The notes beneath the pieces were generated by a model. The model was not told the DNA's origin, searched no databases, and was given only the letters and a program-made list of their open reading frames with translations. From contig JAJZLJ010000030.1 of assembly GCA_021850625.1 (NCBI GenBank), positions 22,356 to 86,355 of the forward strand: a stretch of 64,000 bases of DNA, in the 5' to 3' direction. Of this stretch, positions 58,021 to 64,000 are shown in pieces (positions within the stretch are counted from its first letter, which is position 1; each line of letters begins with the position of its first letter). A program made the translations under genes and the position numbers. The DNA is from Candidatus Micrarchaeota archaeon. GTDB taxonomy: Archaea > Micrarchaeota > Micrarchaeia > Micrarchaeales > CABMGC01.

Positions 58021-58776
58021 ATGGAAAAAACAGCTGTGATAGGAATAGTTATTATTGTAGTAATAATAGCTGGAGGACTTTATTATTTGTATGGCGGCGG
58101 AGTTATTAAAAATATAACTCAGACTACTACTGCAAATATAGTTAAAAGTTCTAATACGACAAATAATAAAACATCAGTAGTATTAACAAGTACTGTTGTA
58201 ACTACAACACAACAAGTTAACACCACACAAAATACCACGCTTGCTGATTGTATCTCCAATGCTGCTACAGTTCAAGTACCAGAAGGTAGCTTTAATGGAG
58301 GAACCTATGCAGGATGGAACTTGACAGGAAATGGTTTTGGTAATGTGCCGGCAAATATAACAGCATATAACAACAAATCTGAATATTATAACAGCCCGTG
58401 GGCAGGATATAACGGACAGTTTTTTGCTACAACATATCAAGGAGGATTTGTAATAAGCCCTGGAAATCTTACCTCTAGCACCTTCCAAGTAACAGAACCT
58501 TACCTAAATTTCCAAATAATATCTCCTCAAAACAATCAATTATATGTGGAAATATTAAGCAATGGAATTCCTGTAATAAGAAAAGGTTTTGATACCTATG
58601 GAACATCTGGTGCACCATCCAGCACTTTCGAGAATGAAACCATACCGCTTACAACACTTCTATGTAAAAATATAAACATAAGAGTTGTTTCTGGTGTAAC
58701 ATACACTCCGGCAACAAAATATGATATTATAGCGGTTGGAGACTTCTATCTCTCAAAAACCCCAGTAACAAAGTAG
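58021..58776 (+). CDS. membrane-anchored secreted protein with Thr-rich stalk
   Basis: N-terminal TM, T/N-rich linker, beta-rich domain (GWNLTGNGF, GNLTSSTF). Confidence 0.7.
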   Translation: MEKTAVIGIVIIVVIIAGGLYYLYGGGVIKNITQTTTANIVKSSNTTNNKTSVVLTSTVVTTTQQVNTTQNTTLADCISNAATVQVPEGSFNGGTYAGWNLTGNGFGNVPANITAYNNKSEYYNSPWAGYNGQFFATTYQGGFVISPGNLTSSTFQVTEPYLNFQIISPQNNQLYVEILSNGIPVIRKGFDTYGTSGAPSSTFENETIPLTTLLCKNINIRVVSGVTYTPATKYDIIAVGDFYLSKTPVTK

Positions 58777-58831
58777 AGGTATATTTTGTTTTTTATTTAT
58801 TTTATTTATTTTTTGATTTTTGGAGATTTTA

Positions 58832-60271
58832 ATGAAACTTTATGATACTCTTGAAAAAAAGGAAAGGTTGTTTAAACCTCTTTATGACAAAACAGTCAAA
58901 CTTTATGCGTGCGGACCTACCGTTTATTTTTATGCACATATAGGAAATATGAGAACTTATATCTCAATAGATGTCCTTAAAAGAACTTTAATTCATGATA
59001 AGTATAAAGTTAAACATGTTATGAACATCACAGACGTTGGACATAATATAGGAGATGGGGATGTAGGTGAAGATAAGATTAAAGAAGAAGCAAAAAAAGA
59101 GCACAGAACCGCAGAAGAGATAATAAAGTTTTATACTGATTCGTTTATGAATGATCTTAAAAAACTTAATATAATTAAACCAGATATAATTTCACGTGCT
59201 TCCAGTAATGTAGAAGATATGCTGAAGCTTATTGAAATTCTTGATGAGAAGGGTTATCTTTACAGGACAAATACAGGAGTATATTTTGACACCTCTAAAG
59301 TTAATGAATATGGCACACTTTCTGGTTCTAGTTTTGAAAAATTAAACAAAGAGCTTAAAGCTGGAGCGAGGGTTGAAAGACCAGAAGGATTAAAAAATAT
59401 TACTGATTTTGCTGTTTGGAGATTCTCTAAGCCTGAAGAAAAAGAAATGGTTTGGGATACTAAGTTTGGGAGGGGTTTTCCAGGATGGCACATTGAATGT
59501 AGTACAATGGTTATGAAATTTTTAGGAGAACAAATAGACATACATTGTGGAGGTGCAGACCATATATCTATTCATCATTCTAACGAGATAGCACAAAGCG
59601 AAGCAGCTACTGGAAAAAAGTTCGTCAAATATTGGTTTCATGGCGCATTCCTGATTGTAGATGGGAAAAAAATGAGCAAGTCGCTAAGAAATGTGTATAC
59701 TATAGAGGATTTGGAAAAGAAAAAATTCATGCCGTTGTCATTTAGATATCTGGTTTTGACTGTGCATTATAGAAATATTCTTAACTTTACACTAGATGTT
59801 TTGAAGAGTGCCGATGATTCTTTGAAGGCACTTTATGTTTTCATAAGCAAAACAAGCGCAGTAAAAGATGGCACTGGCATTGATGAAGAGTTTATTAGAG
59901 TAATTAATAGTAAAAGAGATGAGTTTTTTGAAAAGGCGTATGATGATATTAATATACCAATAGCTATAACAAAAATGTATGAGTTTATAAATATAGTTAA
60001 GAAAAAGGCATTGACAAAAAATGAAGCGGATTATGTAATAAAGATTATGTTGGACTTTGATGAAATTTTAGGACTTGATTTTAACATGCACTTAAACAGC
60101 GAGATTCCAAAAGAAGCAAGCAAACTTATAGAAGAAAGAGAGATTATTAGAAAAGCCCGTGATTTTGAAAAAGCCGATAGAATAAGAGAGGAGATTAAAA
60201 AGAAATATAAAATAATTTTAGAAGACACCCCAGAAGGAACTGTTTGGTATAAATCTTCTGAATTATACTGA
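58832..60271 (+). CDS. cysS: cysteinyl-tRNA synthetase
   Basis: CGPTVY..AHIGN, GFPGWHIECS, DIHCGG, KMSKS. Confidence 0.97.
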   Translation: MKLYDTLEKKERLFKPLYDKTVKLYACGPTVYFYAHIGNMRTYISIDVLKRTLIHDKYKVKHVMNITDVGHNIGDGDVGEDKIKEEAKKEHRTAEEIIKFYTDSFMNDLKKLNIIKPDIISRASSNVEDMLKLIEILDEKGYLYRTNTGVYFDTSKVNEYGTLSGSSFEKLNKELKAGARVERPEGLKNITDFAVWRFSKPEEKEMVWDTKFGRGFPGWHIECSTMVMKFLGEQIDIHCGGADHISIHHSNEIAQSEAATGKKFVKYWFHGAFLIVDGKKMSKSLRNVYTIEDLEKKKFMPLSFRYLVLTVHYRNILNFTLDVLKSADDSLKALYVFISKTSAVKDGTGIDEEFIRVINSKRDEFFEKAYDDINIPIAITKMYEFINIVKKKALTKNEADYVIKIMLDFDEILGLDFNMHLNSEIPKEASKLIEEREIIRKARDFEKADRIREEIKKKYKIILEDTPEGTVWYKSSELY

Positions 60272-60694
60272 TTTTGACTCAGAAATCTCAGTGCTTGGAG
60301 GTCTACGGCTTTTTTGTTTGGTTGTTTTTGCCGTTACAAAAAGTATAGACAGATCTTCTTTTTTATCGCCATCGATCCATGATTTTATATAAATGGGTAT
60401 ATTTCTAAATGGTTTTGTATATCTATCAGTAAAACTATATGCACCGTCCTCATGTTTAAGAAGACCTACTGTAACTCCAAAATCCAAATATCTTTTCCAT
60501 GTTGCCAAAGGAAGCTGAGAATTACAATCCTTTAGTCTGAGTTGGCCTTTGTCCTTTACTTCCATAAGTGCCATTGCAAATCTATATGCACGCGTTTCAT
60601 TTTCAAAGTATATTTTTGCGACCTCTCGCACCGTTGGATTTTTCATCTTTTCTTTGAGTGGTGCATCTTCATACTCCCAATATTTTATAGGCAT
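60263..60694 (-). CDS. hypothetical winged-helix-like protein
   Basis: Start taken at MPIKYW; ATWKRYLDFGVTVGLLK...YSFT pattern. Confidence 0.6.
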   Translation of the reverse strand: MPIKYWEYEDAPLKEKMKNPTVREVAKIYFENETRAYRFAMALMEVKDKGQLRLKDCNSQLPLATWKRYLDFGVTVGLLKHEDGAYSFTDRYTKPFRNIPIYIKSWIDGDKKEDLSILFVTAKTTKQKSRRPPSTEISESKSV

Positions 60695-60943
60695 GTTATC
60701 ATAATTAGATATCAGTGAAAAGTTATAAGCTCTTTCTCTTGAAATGAAATATTTAATAGATGTGAACATATTCAATAGTAAAAGCAAGTCATGAGATGTA
60801 AAACTAGTTTCCCATATAAGACCATATACATCGAAAGATATAAATAGGTTATCGTAATATAATTTATCTACATTAATCGTTGCAGTCAAAACGGCTTAGA
60901 TTTTGGCTAATTATATTATATATTTTATATTTAGGTGAATTAA

Positions 60944-62212
60944 ATGGCAGAAAAACCACACATGAACTTGATTTTTATAGGACACGTTGATCATGGAAAG
61001 TCAACTACAGTAGGCAGATTGCTCTATGATACAAAAGCAGTTACAGAGCAGGATATGAAAAAAATAAAGGATGAAGTTACAAAATACAATAGGCCTTCAT
61101 TCGAGTTTGCGTTCGTAATGGACCAGCTTAAGGAAGAGAGAGAAAGAGGAATAACCATAGATATAATGCACAAGGACTTCCAAACTCAAAAATATTATTT
61201 TACAATTATAGACGCACCAGGACACAGGGACTTCGTAAAAAACATGATTACAGGAGCAAGCCAGGCAGATGCTGCAGTTTTGGTAGTTTCAGCTATAGAT
61301 GGAATACAAAGCCAAACAAGAGAACACGCATATCTAGCAAGGGTCCTTGGAATTTCACAGGTAATTGTAGGCATAAACAAGATGGATGCTGCAGGATACG
61401 AAAAAACCAAGTTTGAAGATTCAAAGACAAAGGTTGTTGAACTTTTAAAAACAGTAGGATATGATGTAAGCAAGATAACCTTTATACCATACTCTGCTTT
61501 GCAGGGAGATAACATGGTAGTTAAGTCAGATAAAATGTCTTGGTACACTGGCCCTACATTGCTTCAATCACTTGATAGTCTTATAGTTCCAAACAAGCCT
61601 ACAGATAAGGCATTGAGATTACCTATTCAAGATGTACACAGCGTTGCTGGTTTCGGAACAGTTCCAGTAGGAAAGGTAGAAACTGGAATAATGAAGCCTG
61701 GAGAACAAATAATAATAATGCCTTCTGGAATAAAAACAGATGTTAAGAGTATTGAGATGCACCACCAGCAATTGCAACAGGCAATACCAGGGGATAATGT
61801 AGGATTCAACATCAAAGGAATAGATAAAAAGGATATTAAAAGAGGAGATGTCGTAGGACCAGCAAATAATCCTCCAACAGTTGCACAGGAATTCACCGCG
61901 CAGATAGTAGTAATAAACCACAAGAATGCAATTGCCCCAGGATATACACCTGTATTTCACATCCACACCGCACAGATAGCAGCTACTATAGTAGAAATAG
62001 TTGAAAAGAAGGATCCAAAAACAGGACAAACTCTTCAAAAGAACCCAGAGTTCATAAAGAATGGGGATGTTGCAATAGTTAAGATAAAACCTTCAAAACC
62101 TACAGTTGTAGAAAAATTCAGCGACTTCCCACAGTTAGGTAGATTTGCAATAAGAGATATGGGTCAAACAGTGGCTGCAGGAGTAGTCTTAGATGTTGTT
62201 AAAAGAACCTAA
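60944..62212 (+). CDS. tuf: translation elongation factor aEF-1 alpha
   Basis: GHVDHGKST, ERERGITI, DAPGH, NKMD, LGRFAIRDMG. Confidence 0.99.
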   Translation: MAEKPHMNLIFIGHVDHGKSTTVGRLLYDTKAVTEQDMKKIKDEVTKYNRPSFEFAFVMDQLKEERERGITIDIMHKDFQTQKYYFTIIDAPGHRDFVKNMITGASQADAAVLVVSAIDGIQSQTREHAYLARVLGISQVIVGINKMDAAGYEKTKFEDSKTKVVELLKTVGYDVSKITFIPYSALQGDNMVVKSDKMSWYTGPTLLQSLDSLIVPNKPTDKALRLPIQDVHSVAGFGTVPVGKVETGIMKPGEQIIIMPSGIKTDVKSIEMHHQQLQQAIPGDNVGFNIKGIDKKDIKRGDVVGPANNPPTVAQEFTAQIVVINHKNAIAPGYTPVFHIHTAQIAATIVEIVEKKDPKTGQTLQKNPEFIKNGDVAIVKIKPSKPTVVEKFSDFPQLGRFAIRDMGQTVAAGVVLDVVKRT

Positions 62213-62227
62213 ACAATAAGTGAATAA

Positions 62228-62533
62228 ATGCCATTAGCAAAGATAAAATTAATAAGTAGAAATAAGAAAGATGCAAGAGATATCGCAAGACAAATAATAG
62301 AAATAGCGAAGGTTTCTGGTGTTAAATTTAAGGGACCTATACCGCTACCTACAAGAGTTTTAGATGTTTCTACTAGAAAGTCGCCTTGCGGAGATGGCTC
62401 ACACACTTATGAACATTGGCAGATGCGTATCCACAAATGGATAGTTCAAATAGATGGAAGTGAACAAGCATTAAGACAAGTTATGAGAATACCTGTTCCT
62501 GATACCGTACAAATTGAGATGTCGCTTGGATAA
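62228..62533 (+). CDS. rps10: 30S ribosomal protein uS10
   Basis: GPIPLPT, RKSPCGDG, WQMRIHK. Confidence 0.97.
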   Translation: MPLAKIKLISRNKKDARDIARQIIEIAKVSGVKFKGPIPLPTRVLDVSTRKSPCGDGSHTYEHWQMRIHKWIVQIDGSEQALRQVMRIPVPDTVQIEMSLG

Positions 62534-62657
62534 TTACTGCTTTTATTGCTTAACAACGTGAGCGGGAAATCCCACGCTATTTATGGGTGGGATGAAAGCG
62601 AACTGTAGATGAATAGAAGAATCCCATTTTTCCATCAGGGATTCATGGACTTCATAC

Positions 62658-62761
62658 TTGGTTTTCAGTTGGTATGTTCTCAGTTCAACGAAAATTGCCT
62701 CACTGGAAATCTGAGGTCTTATAAAATCTCCCTGAGCGTATATTTCGGCATGTCCTGCCGT
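62658..62761 (-). ncRNA. TnpB omegaRNA-like scaffold (5' part)
   Basis: ACGGCAGGACATGCCG-AAAT-ATACGCTCAGGGAGAT..AAGACCTC..GAGGC..GTTGAACTGAGAAC: CGGCA/TGCCG, CCTC/GAGG and CTCAG/CTGAG pairings typical of tnpB 3' ends; TATA box upstream. Confidence 0.6.
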
Positions 62762-62827
62762 ATGATAAGATTTTATTACAAACATATATATCCTTTTTGT
62801 TTCATATTATTATTGGTTTTCAGTTGG
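62658..62827 (+). repeat. 15-bp direct repeat TTGGTTTTCAGTTGG (62658..62672 and 62813..62827)
   Basis: Exact copies read directly from the sequence. Confidence 0.9.
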
Positions 62828-62976
62828 GAAGCCCACACCGTTTACGGGTGGGAGGATGTCACTTTGTATTTAGTCAGCATATACATTGCTATTGCTAATT
62901 TTTTATTTTTATATTTTTAAATTGTTTTTACATTATGCTTAACTTTTTAGTTTGTTGCTTTGTAAATATTTCTTAG

Positions 62977-64000
62977 TTGGTTGATAATACGGTTATAAGA
63001 AAAAAACAAAGTTATAGTTGGATGCTTAGTATAATTCCTATCACAGCGATAAGCAGTGGACTTGGAATTTTTATACCGCTATATATATTATATCTTAAAG
63101 GAAATGTGTTTGATATAGGTCTTGCCTTTGCTTTTTATAACTTAGTAAGCATACCTTCAGCTCTTTTCTGGGGAAAAATTACCGATATTTATGGAAAAAG
63201 CAAGCCATTCATATTATTGTCAGTGTTTCTTACAATACCAATACTTTTGCTCTTCGGTTTTTCTCAACAACTAAATAATACGTATATATACTACTCGCTC
63301 TTTGCCGTTATAGCAACAGCTGCTTCCCCTGCTCTGAATATACTTGTAATGGGGACAAAACGGAACAAAACTCTTCCTAAATACTTCAGTAGGTACAGCC
63401 TATTTGGACTTATTGGATCTATTGTAGCTTATGGGTTTGGTGCCTCTTTAGCAATTAATAATCCATCTACATATCTTTATTTGTTAATCTATCTGAATAT
63501 AGCTGCGGCTATACTTGCTTTAATTTTAATAAAAGATCAACCACGAGAAATTAAAAATAGCCAAAAAATAACACTTGCAAATAATTTATTTCCTTTGCTT
63601 AACTCAATAACTGCTTTGCCAATATTAATGATAAGCAGTGATACAGTAATAAGAATACGCAATACAATAAAAAGCATAGAAAAGAAAAGAATTTATCAGC
63701 TTCTTGGTGCGATAATATTATTCAATTTTGGCTATTATATTTTTAATACCTCTTATGTCCCTTACCTTAATGGGTATGGTCTTTCATACGCAAACATCTT
63801 CGCCATAAACCTTGCCAATGTTGTTGCGCAAATAATAATTTTTATTGCTATAATAAAAATTAAAAAAAGTTTAAAATTAGAAAGAGGATACATGCTATCT
63901 ATAACATATAGAAGTACAGGATATGTGATTGCTGCAGCAGCTATGTTCTTTCCAATGTTGTTTTTTTCTGTTAATATTATAGCGTACGCAATAGCAGGTT
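62977..64000 (+). CDS. MFS transporter, partial (runs off window end)
   Basis: Not in ORF track. TTG 62977 MVDNTVIRKKQSYSWML...WGKITDIYGKSK (MFS motif A), multiple TMs. Confidence 0.8.
   Translation, partial: MVDNTVIRKKQSYSWMLSIIPITAISSGLGIFIPLYILYLKGNVFDIGLAFAFYNLVSIPSALFWGKITDIYGKSKPFILLSVFLTIPILLLFGFSQQLNNTYIYYSLFAVIATAASPALNILVMGTKRNKTLPKYFSRYSLFGLIGSIVAYGFGASLAINNPSTYLYLLIYLNIAAAILALILIKDQPREIKNSQKITLANNLFPLLNSITALPILMISSDTVIRIRNTIKSIEKKRIYQLLGAIILFNFGYYIFNTSYVPYLNGYGLSYANIFAINLANVVAQIIIFIAIIKIKKSLKLERGYMLSITYRSTGYVIAAAAMFFPMLFFSVNIIAYAIAG

Larger units (their letters stand above)
62554..62862 (+). mobile_element. non-autonomous IS200/IS605-family element (309 bp, no tnpA/tnpB)
   Basis: Left end TTAA|CAACGTGAGCGGG-AAAT-CCCAC..GTGGGATGAAAGCG; right end GAAG-CCCAC..GTGGGAGGATG-TCAC; guide/cleavage tetranucleotides match IS608-type pairing. 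Confidence 0.8.

Noticed and set aside
456..62406. Numerous antisense or overlapping ORFs in the track (e.g. 456..863, 1408..1854, 21395..21976, 27418..27936)
   Set aside because: Shadow frames of well-supported genes, with no motifs or RBS.
62543..62920. ORFs 62543..62785(-) and 62609..62920(+) as tnpA or other proteins
   Set aside because: No HUH/Tyr or RuvC motifs; they overlie the IS ends and the RNA scaffold.
1..64000. CRISPR array, rRNA, diversity-generating retroelement or provirus
   Set aside because: No regularly spaced repeats, rRNA-like tracts, reverse transcriptase, integrase or capsid genes were recognised by eye; subtle template/variable repeat pairs cannot be fully excluded without computation.

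Overview
AT-rich archaeal chromosomal window. Gene content and style suggest a DPANN archaeon, most likely Micrarchaeota-like (inference): split rpoB, single-OB SSB, tRNA-Ile(UAU) and several 'QSAMEYLMTYGW' class III signal-peptide proteins. Most of it is core genome. Transcription and translation genes: rpoD-tRNALeu-rpl18e-rpl13-rps9-rpoN-tRNAPro-rps2, rpoH-B''-B'-A'-A'', srp54, RNase P proteins, metG, cysS, kae1-bud32, rpl41e and tuf-rps10. Other core genes: mre11, acdAB, two beta-CASP nucleases, pyrG, psmB and mcm. Accessory content: a ThaI-like R-M pair with a UvrD stub beside tRNA-Ile, a thyA-folA-HAD-glyA cluster, a flippase/GT-C cluster, three pilin-like surface proteins, a prepilin peptidase and two IS200/IS605 derivatives. 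Most unusual signals: (1) all three tRNAs have atypical anticodon loops: Pro with A34 (AGG) plus a 13-nt T-loop intron, Leu with C33, and Ile with UAU; (2) two genes (presenilin-like protease and metG) appear to start at AUA, at the same GGTG-N5 spacing as ATG/TTG/GTG genes; (3) a 309-bp non-autonomous IS605-type element with matched ends carries its own promoter and a TnpB omegaRNA-like scaffold antisense to its right end; (4) the RNA polymerase bridge helix and trigger loop are strongly diverged; (5) an unannotated 26-aa Lys/Ser micro-ORF. All calls come from reading motifs by eye; no database searches were run.
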